Part shown: positions 39,021 through 53,800 of the stretch, in pieces
Numbering within the stretch: position 1 is the stretch's first letter
How the letters are laid out: each line of letters starts with the position of its first letter
Source of the DNA: Auanema rhodensis
Lineage: Eukaryota; Animalia; Nematoda
Assembly: GCA_964057225.1 (NCBI GenBank)
Contig: OZ059895.1
Span: 10,974,001 to 11,038,000 of the forward strand
Reading direction: 5' to 3'
Length of the DNA: 64,000 bases
Made by a program: the position numbers and the translations under genes
The notes under the pieces: model-generated
Seen by the model: the letters and a program-made list of their open reading frames with translations, nothing else
Database searches by the model: none
Told to the model about the DNA's origin: nothing

Positions 39021-42000
39021 GTTTATAACTGTAATACAGGAATAAGATTGAAGATAATTTGCTGCCTCCGGTTGAGCTATCTAAGTAAATCTACTTGAAA
39101 AGTGAAAACATTTGTTACGGAAGAGATAAAATTGAAAATCAGCTGCATGGCGTACTTTCAACGTGGTATAGTTGAAAGCGAAAATATCTGATATTCAATG
39201 ATTTACATACTTATCCTCTTTATGGTATTTTTCCAATTTCATGTTAGTTATGTAACTTTCCACGTGCCATCTGGTTCCCTCGATGATATCAAAGCTTATG
39301 TGCTCCAAATACAATAAATCAAAAAAGGGTTTCACAGTAGTATAGTGTTTAAACAATGTTTGTTTCGATAGGAAATAGATAGAAACAGTAAAGTTAAGAT
39401 GAAGGTTTATTAACTACTGATTTATGACTGTAATATAGAAATAAGATTGAAGATAATTTGCTGCCTCCGGTTGAGCTATCTAAGTAAATCTACTTGAAAA
39501 GTGAAAACATTTGTTACGGAAGAGATAAAATTGAAAATCAGCTGAATGGCGTACTCTTATCGTGGTATAGTTGTAAGCGAAAATATCTGGTATTCAATGA
39601 TTTACATACTTATCCTCGTTATAGTTTTTTTCCAATTTTATGTTAGTTATGTAATTTTCCACGTTCCATCTGGATCCCTCGATGATATCAAATTTTATGT
39701 GCTCCAAATGCAAAAAACTAAAAAAGGTTTTACAGTTGTTCAGTGTTTAAACAATGTTTGTTTTGATAAGAAATAGATAGAAACAGTAAAGTTGAGAGAA
39801 AAGTTCATTTACTGCTGGTTTATAACTGTAAAATAAAAAAAAGATTGAAGATACTTTGCTGCCTTGGGTTGAGCTATTTAAGGAAAACTACTTGAAAATT
39901 GAAAACATTTGTTACGGAAGAGATAAAATTGAAAATCAGCTGCATGGCGTACTTTTAACGTGGTATAGTTGTAAGCGAAAATATCTGGTATTCAATGATT
40001 TACATACTTATCCTCGTTATAGTTTTTTTTCCAATTTCCTGTTAGTTATGTAATTTTCGACGTTCCATCTGGATCCCTCGATGATAGCAATTCTTATAAG
40101 CTCCAAATACAATAAATTAAAAAAGGTTTCACAGTTGTATAGTGTTTAAACAATGTTTGTTTCGATAGGGAATAGATACAAACAGTAAAGTTAAAACGAA
40201 GGTTCATTAACTACTGGTTTATAACTGTAATATAGAAATAAGATTGAAGATGATTTTCTGCGGGGGTTGCGCTATCTAAGTAAAACTACTTGACAATCGG
40301 AAACATTTTCTACAGAAGAGATAAAATTGAAAAGCAGCTGCATGGCGTACTTTTAACGTGGTATAGTTGTAAGCGAAAATATCTGGTATTCAATGATTTA
40401 CATACTTATCCTCGTTATAGTTTTTTTCCAATTTTATGTTAGTTATGTAATTTTCCACGTTCCATCTGGATCCCTCGATGATATCAAATTTTATGTGCTC
40501 CAAATGCAAAAAATTAAAAAAGGTTTTACAGTTGTTCAGTGTTTAAACAATGTTTGTTTCGATAAGAAATAGATAGAAACAGTAAAGTTGAGAGAAAAGT
40601 TCATTTACTGCTGGTTTATAACTGTAAAATAAAAAAAAGATTGAAGATACTTTGCTGCCTTGGGTTGAGCTATTTAAGGAAAACTACTTGAAAATTGAAA
40701 ACATTTGTTACGGAAGAGATAAAATTGAAAATCAGCTGCATGGCGTACTTTTAACGTGGTATAGTTGTAAGTGAAAATATCTGGTATTCAATGATTTACA
40801 TACTTATCCTCGTTATAGTTTTTTTTCCAATTTCCTGTTAGTTATGTAATTTTCGACGTTCCATCTGGATCCCTCGATGATAGCAATTCTTATAAGCTCC
40901 AAATACAATAAATTAAAAAAGGTTTCACAGTTGTATAGTGTTTAAACAATGTTTGTTTCGATAGGGAATAGATACAAACAGTAAAGTTAAAATGAAGGTT
41001 CATTAACTACTGGTTTATAACTGTAATATAGAAATAAGATTGAAGATAATTTTCTGCCGGGGGTTGCGCTATCTAAGTAAAACTACTTGACAATCGGAAA
41101 CATTTTCTACAGAAGAGATAAAATGGAAAATCAGCTGCATGGCGTACTTTGAACGTGGTATAGTTGTAAGCGAAAATATCAGATATTCAATGATTTACAT
41201 ACTTATCATCGTTATAGTTTTTTTTCAATTTCATGTTAGTTATGTAATTTTCCACGTTCTATCTGGTGCCCTCGATGATATCAAATCTTATGTGCTCCAA
41301 ATACAATAAATTAAAAAAGGTTTCACAGTTGTATAGTGTTTTAACAATGTTTGTTTCGATAGGAAAAAGATAGAAACAGTAAAGTTGAGATAAAGGTTCA
41401 TTAACTACTGGTTTATAACTGTAATGAAAAAATAAGATTAAAGATAATTTGCTGCCTTGGGTTGAGCTATCTAAGTAAATCTACTTGAAAAGTGAAAACA
41501 TTTGTTACGGAAGAGATAAAATTGAAAATCAGCTGCATGGCGTACTTTCAACGTGGTATAGTTGTAAGCGAAAATATCTGATATTCAATGATTTACATAC
41601 TTATCCTCGTTATAGTATTTTTCCAATTTTATGTTAGTTATGTAATTTTCCACATTGCATCTGGTTCCCTCGATGATATCAAATCTTATGTGCTCCAAAT
41701 ACAATAAATTGAAAAAGGTTTCACAGTTGTATAGTGTTTAAACAATGTTTGTTTTGATAGGAAATAGATAGAAACAGTAAAGTTAAAATGAAGGTTCATT
41801 AACTACTGGTTTATAACTGTAATATAGGAATAAGATTGAAGATAATTTTCTGCCTTGGGTTGAGCTACCTAAGTAAAACTACTTGAAAATCGGAAACATT
41901 TGTTACAGAAGAGATAAAATTGAAAATCAGCTGCATGGCGTACTTTCAACGTGGTTTAGTTGTAAGCGAAAATATCTGATATTCAATGATTAAAATACTT

Positions 42001-43941
42001 ATCCTCGTTATAGTTTTTTTTCCAATTTCATGTTAGTTATGTAATTTTCCACGTTCCATCTGGTTCCCTCGATGATATCAAATCTTATGTGCTCCAAATA
42101 CAATAAATTAAAAAAGGTTTCACAGTTGTATAATGTTTTAACAATGTTTGTTTCGATAGGAAATAGATAGAAACAGTAAAGTTGAGATAAAGGTTCATTA
42201 ATTACTGGTTTATAACTGTAATGTAGAAATAAGATTAAAGATAATTTGCTGCCTTGGGTTGAGCTATCTAAGTAAAACTACTTAAAAAGTGAAAACATTT
42301 GTTACGTTAGAGATAAAATTGAAAATCAGCTGCATGGCGTACTTTCAACGTGGTATAGTTGAAAGCGAAAATATCTGATATTCAATGATTTACATACTTA
42401 TCCTCGTTATAGTAATTTTCCAATTTCATGTTAGTTATGTAACTTTCCACGTGCCATCTGGTTCCCTCGATGATATCAAAGCTTATGTGCTCCAAATACA
42501 ATAAATCAAAAAAGGGTTTCACAGTTGTATAGTGTTTAAACAATGTTTGTTTTGATAGGAAATAGATAGAAACAGTAAAGTTAAGATGAAGGTTCATTAA
42601 CTACTGGTTTATGACTGTAATATAGGAATAAGATTGAAGATAATTTGCTGCCTCCGGTTGAGCTATCTAAGTAAATCTACTTGAAAAGTGAAAACATTTG
42701 TTACGGAAGAGATAAAATTGAAAATCAGCTGCATGTCGTACTTTCAACGTGGTATAGTTGAAAGCGAAAGTATCTGATTTTCAATGATTTACATACTTAT
42801 CCTCGTTATAGTATTTTTCCAATTTCATGTTAGTTATGTAACTTTCCACGTTTCATCTGGTTCCCTCGATGATATCAAAGCTTATGTGCTCCAAATACAA
42901 TAAATCAAAAAAGGGTTTCACAGTTGTATAGTGTTTAAACAATGTTTGTTTCGATAGGAAGTAGATAGAAACAGTGAAGTTAAGATGAAGGTTCATTAAC
43001 TACTGGTTTATGACTGTAATATAAAAATAAGATTGAAGATAATTTGCTGCCTCCGGTTGAGCTATCTAAGTAAATCTACTTGAAAAGTGAAAACATTTGT
43101 TACGGAAGAGATAAAATTGAAAATCAGCTGCATGGCGTACTTTCAACGTGGTATACTTGTAAGCGAAAATATCTGATATTCAATGATTTACATACTTATC
43201 CTCGTTATAGTTTTTTTCCAATTCCATGTTAGTTATGTAATTTTCCACGTTCCATCTGGATCCCTCGATGATATCAAATTTTATGTGCTCCAAATGCAAA
43301 AAATTAAAAAAGGTTTTACAGTTGTTCAGTGTTCAAACAATGTTTGTTTTGATAAGAAATAGATAGAAACAGTAAAGTTGAGAGAAAGGTTCATTAACTG
43401 CTGGTTTATAACTGTAATATAAAAAAAAGATTGAAGATAATTTGCTGCCTTGGGTTGAGCTATTTAAGGAAAACTACTTGAAAATTGAAAACATTTGTTA
43501 CGGAAGAGATAAAATTGAAAATCAGCTGCATGGCGTACTTATAACGTGGTATAGTTGTAAGCGAAAATATCTGGTATTCAATGATTTACATACTTATCCT
43601 CGTTATAGTTTTTTTTCCAATTTCCTGTTAGTTATGTGATTTTCGACGTTCCATCTGGATCCCTCGATGATAGCAATTCTTATAAGCTCTAAATACAATA
43701 AATTAAAAAAGGTTTCACAGTTGTATAGTGTTTAAACAATGTTTGTTTCGATAGGAAATAGATAAAAACAGTAAAGTTAAAATGAAGGTTCATTAACTAC
43801 TGGTTTATAACTGTAATATAGAAATAAGATTGAAGATAATTTTCTGCCGGGGGTTGCGCTATCTAAGTAAAACTACTTGACAATCGGAAACATTTGTTAC
43901 AGAAGAGATAAAATTGAAAACCAGCTGCATGGCATACTTTG

Positions 43942-45362
43942 AACGTGATATAGTTGTAAGCGAAAATATCTGGTATTCAATGATTTACATACTTATCCTC
44001 GTTATAGTTTTTTTTCCAATTTCCTGTTAGTTATGTAATTTTCCACGTTCTATCTGGTGCCCTCGATGATATCAAATCTTATGTGCTCCAAATACAATAA
44101 ATTAAAAAAGGTTTCACAGTTGTATAGTGTTTTAACAATGTTTGTTTCGATAGGAAATAGATAGAAACAGTGAAGTTGAGATAAAGGTTCATTAATTACT
44201 GGTTTATAACTGTAATGAAGAAATAAGATTAAAGATAATTTGCTGCCTTGAGTTGAGCTATCTAAGTAAAACTACTTAAAAAGTGAAAACATTTGTTACG
44301 GAAGAGATAAAACTGAAAATCAGCTGCATGGCGTACTTTGAACGTGGTATAGTTGTAAGCAAAAATATCTGATTTTCAATGATTTACATACTTATCCTCG
44401 TTATAGTATTTTTCCAATTTTATGTTAGTTATGTAATTTTCCACGTTGCATCTGGTTCCCTCGATGATATCAAATCTTATGTGCTCCAAATACAATAAAT
44501 TGAAAAAGGTTTCACAGTTGTATAGTGTTTAAACAATGTTTGTTTTGATAGGAAATAGATAGAAACAGTGAAGTTAAAATGAAGGTTCATTAACTACTGG
44601 TTTATAACTGTAATATAGGAATAAGATTGAAGATAATTTTCTGCCTTGGGTTGAGCTACCTAAGTAAATCTACTTGAAAAGTGAAAACATTTGTTACGGA
44701 AGAGATAAAATTGAAAATCAGCTGCATGTCGTACTTTCAACGTGATATAGTTGTAAGCGAAAATATCTGGTATTCAATGATTTACATACTTATCCTCGTT
44801 ATAGTTTTTTTTCCAATTTCCTGTTAGTTATGTAATTTTCCACGTTCTATCTGGTGCCCTCGATGATATCAAATCTTATGTGCTCCAAATACAATAAATT
44901 AAAAAAGGTTTCACAGTTGTATAGTGTTTTAACAATGTTTGTTTCGATAGGAAATAGATAGAAACAGTGAAGTTGAGATAAAGGTTCATTAATTACTGGT
45001 TTATAACTGTAATGAAGAAATAAGATTAAAGATAATTTGCTGCCTTGAGTTGAGCTATCTAAGTAAAACTACTTAAAAAGTGAAAACATTTGTTACGGAA
45101 GAGATAAAACTGAAAATCAGCTGCATGGCGTACTTTGAACGTGGTATAGTTGTAAGCAAAAATATCTGATTTTCAATGATTTACATACTTATCCTCGTTA
45201 TAGTATTTTTCCAATTTTATGTTAGTTATGTAATTTTCCACGTTGCATCTGGTTCCCTCGATGATATCAAATCTTATGTGCTCCAAATACAATAAATTGA
45301 AAAAGGTTTCACAGTTGTATAGTGTTTAAACAATGTTTGTTTTGATAGGAAATAGATAGAAA
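43942..45362. repeat. Duplication with 2-monomer offset (797 bp)
   Basis: The rare alleles cgtgata (43944/44741), ggtgccc, gccttgagtt, cttaaaaag, aaactgaaa and ctttgaac all recur at +797. Confidence 0.88.
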
Positions 45363-48300
45363 CAGTAAAGTTAAAATGAAGGTTCTTTAACTACTGGTTT
45401 ATAACTGTAATATACGAATAAGATTGAAGATAATTTGCTGCCTCCGGTTGAGCTATCTAAGTAAATCTACTTGAAAAGTGAAAACATTTGTTACGGAAGA
45501 GATAAAATTGAAAATCAGCTGCATGGCGTACTTTTAACGTGGTATAGTTGTAAGCGAAAATATCTGGTATTCAATGATTTACATACTTATCCTCGTTATA
45601 GTTTTTTTCCAATTTCATGTTAGTTATGTAAATTTCCACGTTCCATCTGGTTCCCTCGATGATATCAAAGCTTATGTGCTCCAAATACAATAAATCAAAA
45701 AAGGGTTTCACAGTTGTATAGTGTTTAAACAATGTTTGTTTCGATAGGAAATAGATAAAAACAGTAAAGTTAAGATGAAGGTTCATTAACTACTAGTTTA
45801 TGACTGTAATATAGAAATAAGATTGAAGATAATTTGCTGCCTCCGGTTGAGCTATCTAAGTAAATCTACTTGAAAAGTGAAAACATTTCTTACGGAAGAG
45901 ATAAAATTGAAAATCAGCTGCATGGCGTACTTTTAACGTGGTATAGTTGTAAGCGAAAATATCTGGTATTCAATGATTTACATACTTATCCTCGTTATAG
46001 TTTTTTTCCAATTTCATGTTAGTTATGTAATTTTCCACGTTCCATCTGGATCCCTCGATGATATCAAATTTTATGTGCTCCAAATGCAAAAAATTAAAAA
46101 AGGTTTTACAGTTGTTCAGTGTTATAACAATGTTTATTTTGATAAGAAATAGATAGAAACAGTAAAGTTGAGAAAGAAGTTCATTTACTGCTGGTTTATA
46201 ACTGTAAAAAAAAAAGATTGAAGATACTTTGCTGCCTTGGGTTGAGCTATTCAAGGAAAACTACTTGAAAATTGAAAACATTTGTTACGGAAGAGATAAA
46301 ATTGAAAATCAGCTGCATGGCGTACTTTTAACGTGGTATAGTTGTAAGCGAAAATATCTGGTATTCAATGATTTACATAATTATCCTCGTTATAGTTTTT
46401 TTTCCAATTTCCTGTTAGTTATGTAATTTTCGACGTTCCATCTGGATCCCTCGATGATAGCAATTCTTATAAGCTCCAAATACAATAAATTAAAAAAGGT
46501 TTCACAGTTGTATAGTGTTTTAACAATGTTTGTTTCGATAGGAAATAGATAGAAACAGTGAAGTTGAGATAAAGGTTCATTAATTACTGGTTTATAACTG
46601 TAATGAAGAAATAAGATTAAAGATAATTTGCTGCCTTGAGTTGAGCTATCTAAGTAAAACTACTTGAAAAGTGAAAACATTGGTTACGGAAGAGATAAAA
46701 TTGAAAATCAGCTGCATGACGTACTGTCAACGTGGTATAGTTGTAAGCGAAAATATCTGGTATTCAATGATTTACATACTTATCCTCTTTATGGTATTTT
46801 TCCAATTTCATGTTAGTTATGTAACTTTTCACGTGCCATCTGGTTCCCTCGATGATATCAAAGCTTATGTGCTCCAAATACAATAAATCAAAAAAGGGTT
46901 TCACAGTAGTATAGTGTTTAAACAATGTTTGTTTCGATAGGAAATAGATAGAAACAGTAAAGTTAAGATGAAGGTTTATTAACTACTGATTTATGACTGT
47001 AATATAGAAATAAGATTGAAGATAATTTGCTGCCTCCGGTTGAACTATCTAAGTAAATCTACTTGAAAAGTGAAAACATTTGTTACGGAAGAGATAAAAT
47101 TGAAAATCAGCTGCATGGCGTACTTATAACGTGGTATAGTTGTAAGCGAAAATATCTGGTATTCAATGATTTACATACTTATCCTCGTTATAGTTTTTTT
47201 CCAATTTCATGTTAGTTATGTAATTTTCCACGTTCCATCTGGATCCCTCGATGATATCAAATTTTATGTGCTCCAAATACAATAAATCAAAAAAGGGTCT
47301 CACAGTTGTATAGTGTTTAAACAATGTTTGTTTCGATAGGAAATAGATAGAAACAGTAAAGTTGAGAGAAAGGTTCATTAACTACTGGTTTATGACTGTA
47401 ATATAGAAAAAAGATTGAAGATAATTTGCTGCCTTGGGTTAAGCTATCTAAGTAAAACTACTTGAAAATTGAAAACGTTTGTTACGGAAGAAATAAAATT
47501 GAGAATTAGCTGCATGGCGTTCTTTCAACGTGATATACTTGTAAGCGAAAATATCTGATATTCAATGATTTACATACTTATCCTCGTTATAGTTTTTTTC
47601 CAATTTCATGTTAGTTATGTAATTTTCCACGTTCCATCTGGATCCCTCGATGATATCAAATCTTATGTGCTCCAAATACAATAAACTGAAAAAGGTTTCA
47701 CAGTTGTATAGTGTTTAAACAATGTTTGTTTTGATAGGAAATAAATAGAAACAGTAAAGTTAAAATGAAGGTTCTTTAACTACTGGTTTATAACTGTAAT
47801 ATACGAATAAGATTGAAGATAATTTGCTGCCTCCGGTTGAGCTATCTAAGTAAATCTACTTGAAAAGTGCAAACATTTGTTACGGAAGAGATAAAATTGA
47901 AAATCAGCTGCATGGCGTACTTTTAACGTGGTATAGTTGTAAGCGAAAATATCTGGTATTCAATGATTTACATACTTATCCTCGTTATAGTTTTTTTCCA
48001 ATTTCATGTTAGTTATGTAACTTTCCACGTTCCATCTGGTTCCCTCGATGATATCAAAGCTTATGTGCTCCAAATACAATAAATCAAAAAAGGGTTTCAC
48101 AGTTGTATAGTGTTTAAACAATGTTTGTTTCGATAGGAAATAGATAAAAACAGTAAAGTTAAGATGAAGGTTCATTAACTACTAGTTTATGACTGTAATA
48201 TAAAAATAAGATTGAAGATACTTTGCTGCCTTGGGTTGAGCTATTTAAGGAAAACTACTTGAAAATTGAAAACATTTGTTACGGAAAAGATAAAATTGAA

Positions 48301-50202
48301 AATCAGCTGCATGGCGTACTTTTAACGTGGTATAGTTGTGAGCGAAAATATCTGGTATTCAATGATTTACATACTTATCCTCGTTATAGTTTTTTTCCAA
48401 TTTCATGTTAGTTATGTAACTTTCCACGTTCCATCTGGTTCCCTCGATGATATCAAAGCTTATGTGCTCCAAATACAATAAATCAAAAAAGGGTTTCACA
48501 GTTGTATAGTGTTTAAACAATGTTTGTTTCGATAGGAAATAGATAAAAACAGTAAAGTTAAGATGAAGGTTCATTAACTACTAGTTTATGACTGTATTAT
48601 AGAAATAAGATTGAAGATAATTTGCTGCCTCCGGTTGAGCTATCTAAGTAAATCTACTTGAAAAGTGAAAACATTTCTTACGGAAGAGATAAAATTGAAA
48701 ATCAGCTGCATGGCGTACTTTTAACGTGGTATAGTTGTAAGCGAAAATATCTGGTATTCAATGATTTACATACTTATCCTCGTTATAGTTTTTTTCCAAT
48801 TTCATGTTAGTTATGTAATTTTCCACGTTCCATCTGGATCCCTCGATGATATCAAATTTTTTGTGCTCCAAATGCAAAAAATTAAAAAAGGTTTTACAGT
48901 TGTTCAGTGTTATAACAATGTTTGTTTTGATAAGAAATAGATAGAAACAGTAAAGTTGAGAAAAAAGTTCATTTACTGCTGGTTTATAACTGTAAAAAAA
49001 AAAAAGATTGAAGATACTTTGCTGCCTTGGGTTGAGCTATTTAAGGAAAACTACTTGAAAATTGAAAACATTTGTTACGGAAAAGATAAAATTGAAAATC
49101 AGCTGCATGGCGTACTTTTAACGTGGTATAGTTGTAAGCGAAAATATCTGGTATTCAATGATTTACATACTTATCCTCGTTATAGTTTTTTTTCCAATTT
49201 CCTGTTAGTTATGTAATTTTCGACGTTCCATCTGGATCCCTCGATGATAGCAATTCTTATAAGCTCCAAATACAATAAATTAAAAAAGGTTTCACAGTTG
49301 TATAGTGTTTAAACAATGTTTGTTTTGATAGGAAATAGATAGAAACAGTAAAGTTAAAATGAAGGTTCATTAACTACTGGTTTATAACTGTAATATAGGA
49401 ACAAGATTGAAGATAATTTGCTGCCTCCGGTTGAGCTATCTAAGTAAATCTACTTGAAAAGTGAAAACATTTGTTACGGAAGAGATAAAATTGAAAATCA
49501 GCTGCATGGCGTACTTTTAACGTGGTATAGTTGTGAGCGAAAATATCTGGTATTCAATGATTTACATACTTATCCTCGTTATAGTTTTTTTTCCAATTTC
49601 CTGTTAGTTATGTAATTTTCGACGTTCCATCTGGATCCCTCGATGATAGCAATTCTTATAAGCTCCAAATACAATAAATTAAAAAAGGTTTCACAGTTGT
49701 ATAGTGTTTAAACAATGTTTGTTTCGATAGGGAATAGATACAAACAGTAAAGTTAAGATGAAGGTTTATTAACTACTGATTTATGACTGTAATATAGAAA
49801 TAAGATTGAAGATAATTTGCTGCCTCCGGTTGAGCTATCTAAGTGAAACTACTTGAAAATTGAAAACATTGGTTACGGAAGAGATAAAATTGAAAATCAG
49901 CTGCATGACGTACTGTCAACGTGGTATAGTTGTAAGCGAAAATATCTGATATTCAATGATTTACATACTTATCCTCGTTATGGTATTTTTCCAATTTCAT
50001 GTTAGTTATGTAACTTTCCACGTGCCATCTGGTTCCCTCGATGATATCAAAGCTTATGTGCTCCAAATACAATAAATCAAAAAAGGGTTTCACAGTAGTA
50101 TAGTGTTTAAACAATGTTTGTTTCGATAGGAAATAGATAGAAACAGTAAAGTTAAGATGAAGGTTTATTAACTACTGATTTATGACTGTAATATAGAAAT
50201 AA

Positions 50203-53200
50203 GATTGAAGATACTTTGCTGCCTTGGGTTGAGCTATTTAAGGAAAACTACTTGAAAATTGAAAACATTTGTTACGGAAAAGATAAAATTGAAAATCAGC
50301 TGCATGGCGTACTTTTAACGTGGTATAGTTGTAAGCGAAAATATCTGGTATTCAATGATTTACATACTTATCCTCGTTATAGTTTTTTTTCCAATTTCCT
50401 GTTAGTTATGTAATTTTCGACGTTCCATCTGGATCCCTCGATGATAGCAATTCTTATAAGCTCCAAATACAATAAATTAAAAAAGGTTTCACAGTTGTAT
50501 AGTGTTTAAACAATGTTTGTTTTGATAGGAAATAGATAGAAACAGTAAAGTTAAAATGAAGGTTCATTAACTACTGGTTTATAACTGTAATATAGGAACA
50601 AGATTGAAGATAATTTGCTGCCTCCGGTTGAGCTATCTAAGTAAATCTACTTGAAAAGTGAAAACATTTGTTACGGAAGAGATAAAATTGAAAATCAGCT
50701 GCATGGCGTACTTTTAACGTGGTATAGTTGTAAGCGAAAATATCTGGTATTCAATGATTTACATACTTATCCTCGTTATAGTTTTTTTTCCAATTTCCTG
50801 TTAGTTATGTAATTTTCGACGTTCCATCTGGATCCCTCGATGATAGCAATTCTTATAAGCTCCAAATACAATAAATTAAAAAAGGTTTCACAGTTGTATA
50901 GTGTTTAAACAATGTTTGTTTCGATAGGGAATAGATACAAACAGTAAAGTTAAAATGAAGGTTCATTAACTACTGGTTTATAACTGTAATATAGGAACAA
51001 GATTGAAGATAATTTGCTGCCTCCGGTTGAGCTATCTAAGTAAATCTACTTGAAAAGTGAAAACATTTGTTACGGAAGAGATAAAATTGAAAATCAGCTG
51101 CATGGCGTACTTTTAACGTGGTATAGTTGTAAGCGAAAATATCTGGTATTCAATGATTTACATACTTATCCTCGTTATAGTTTTTTTCCAATTTCATGTT
51201 AGTTATGTAACTTTCCACGTTCCATCTGGTTCCCTCGATGATATCAAAGCTTATGTGCTCCAAATACAATAAATCAAAAAAGGGTTTCACAGTTGTATAG
51301 TGATTAAACAATGTTTGTTTCGATAGGAAATAGATAGAAACAGTAAAGTTAAGATGAAGGTTTATTAACTACTGATTTATGACTGTAATATAGAAATAAG
51401 ATTGAAGATACTTTGCTGCCTTGGGTTGAGCTATTTAAGGAAAACTACTTGAAAATTGAAAACATTTGTTACGGAAAAGATAAAATTGAAAATCAGCTGC
51501 ATGGCGTACTTTTAACGTGGTATAGTTGTAAGCGAAAATATCTGGTATTCAATGATTTACATACTTATCCTCGTTATAGTTTTTTTCCAATTTCATGTTA
51601 GTTATGTAATTTTCGACGTTCCATCTGGATCCCTCGATGATAGCAATTCTTATAAGCTCCAAATACAATAAATTAAAAAAGGTTTCACAGTTGTATAGTG
51701 TTTAAACAATGTTTGTTTTGATAGGAAATAGATAGAAACAGTAAAGTTAAAATGAAGGTTCATTAACTACTGGTTTATAACTGTAATATAGGAACAAGAT
51801 TGAAGATAATTTGCTGCCTCCGGTTGAGCTATCTAAGTAAATCTACTTGAAAAGTGAAAACATTTGTTACGGAAGAGATAAAATTGAAAATCAGCTGCAT
51901 GGCGTACTTTTAACGTGGTATAGTTGTAAGCGAAAATATCTGGTATTCAATGATTTACATACTTATCCTCGTTATAGTTTTTTTTCCAATTTCCTGTTAG
52001 TTATGTAATTTTCGACGTTCCATCTGGATCCCTCGATGATAGCAATTCTTATAAGCTCCAAATACAATAAATTAAAAAAGGTTTCACAGTTGTATAGTGT
52101 TTAAACAATGTTTGTTTTGATAGGAAATAGATAGAAACAGTAAAGTTAAAATGAAGGTTCATTAACTACTGGTTTATAACTGTAATATAGGAACAAGATT
52201 GAAGATAATTTGCTGCCTCCGGTTGAGCTATCTAAGTAAATCTACTTGAAAAGTGAAAACATTTGTTACGGAAGAGATAAAATTGAAAATCAGCTGCATG
52301 GCGTACTTTTAACGTGGTATAGTTGTAAGCGAAAATATCTGGTATTCAATGATTTACATACTTATCCTCGTTATAGTTTTTTTCCAATTTCATGTTAGTT
52401 ATGTAACTTTCCACGTTCCATCTGGTTCCCTCGATGATATCAAAGCTTATGTGCTCCAAATACAATAAATCAAAAAAGGGTTTCACAGTTGTATAGTGAT
52501 TAAACAATGTTTGTTTCGATAGGAAATAGATAGAAACAGTAAAGTTAAGATGAAGGTTTATTAACTACTGATTTATGACTGTAATATAGAAATAAGATTG
52601 AAGATACTTTGCTGCCTTGGGTTGAGCTATTTAAGGAAAACTACTTGAAAATTGAAAACATTTGTTACGGAAAAGATAAAATTGAAAATCAGCTGCATGG
52701 CGTACTTTTAACGTGGTATAGTTGTAAGCGAAAATATCTGGTATTCAATGATTTACATACTTATCCTCGTTATAGTTTTTTTTCCAATTTCCTGTTAGTT
52801 ATGTAATTTTCGACGTTCCATCTGGATCCCTCGATGATAGCAATTCTTATAAGCTCCAAATACAATAAATTAAAAAAGGTTTCACAGTTGTATAGTGTTT
52901 AAACAATGTTTGTTTTGATAGGAAATAGATAGAAACAGTAAAGTTAAAATGAAGGTTCATTAACTACTGGTTTATAACTGTAATATAGGAACAAGATTGA
53001 AGATAATTTGCTGCCTCCGGTTGAGCTATCTAAGTAAATCTACTTGAAAAGTGAAAACATTTGTTACGGAAGAGATAAAATTGAAAATCAGCTGCATGGC
53101 GTACTTTTAACGTGGTATAGTTGTAAGCGAAAATATCTGGTATTCAATGATTTACATACTTATCCTCGTTATAGTTTTTTTTCCAATTTCCTGTTAGTTA

Positions 53201-53800
53201 TGTAATTTTCGACGTTCCATCTGGATCCCTCGATGATAGCAATTCTTATAAGCTCCAAATACAATAAATTAAAAAAGGTTTCACAGTAGTATAGTGTTTA
53301 AACAATGTTTGTTTCGATAGGAAATAGATAGAAACAGTAAAGTTAAGATGAAGGTTTATTAACTACTGATTTATGACTGTAATATAGAAATAAGATTGAA
53401 GATACTTTGCTGCCTTGGGTTGAGCTATTTAAGGAAAACTACTTGAAAATTGAAAACATTTGTTACGGAAAAGATAAAATTGAAAATCAGCTGCATGGCG
53501 TACTTTTAACGTGGTATAGTTGTAAGCGAAAATATCTGGTATTCAATGATTTACATACTTATCCTCGTTATTGTTTTTTTTCCAATTTCCTGTTAGTTAT
53601 GTAATTTTCGACGTTCCATCTGGATCCCTCGATGATAGCAATTCTTATAAGCTCCAAATACAATAAATTAAAAAAGGTTTCACAGTTGTATAGTGTTTAA
53701 ACAATGTTTGTTTTGATAGGAAATAGATAGAAACAGTAAAGTTAAAATGAAGGTTCATTAACTACTGGTTTATAACTGTAATATAGGAACAAGATTGAAG
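50203..53800. repeat. 3-monomer higher-order repeat (~1197 bp), two full units plus a truncated 2-monomer unit
   Basis: MLPWVEL...GKDK ORFs start at 50216, 51413, 52609 and 53407 (spacings 1197, 1196, 798). The tgattaaac allele lies at ~51301 and ~52497. Confidence 0.85.
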
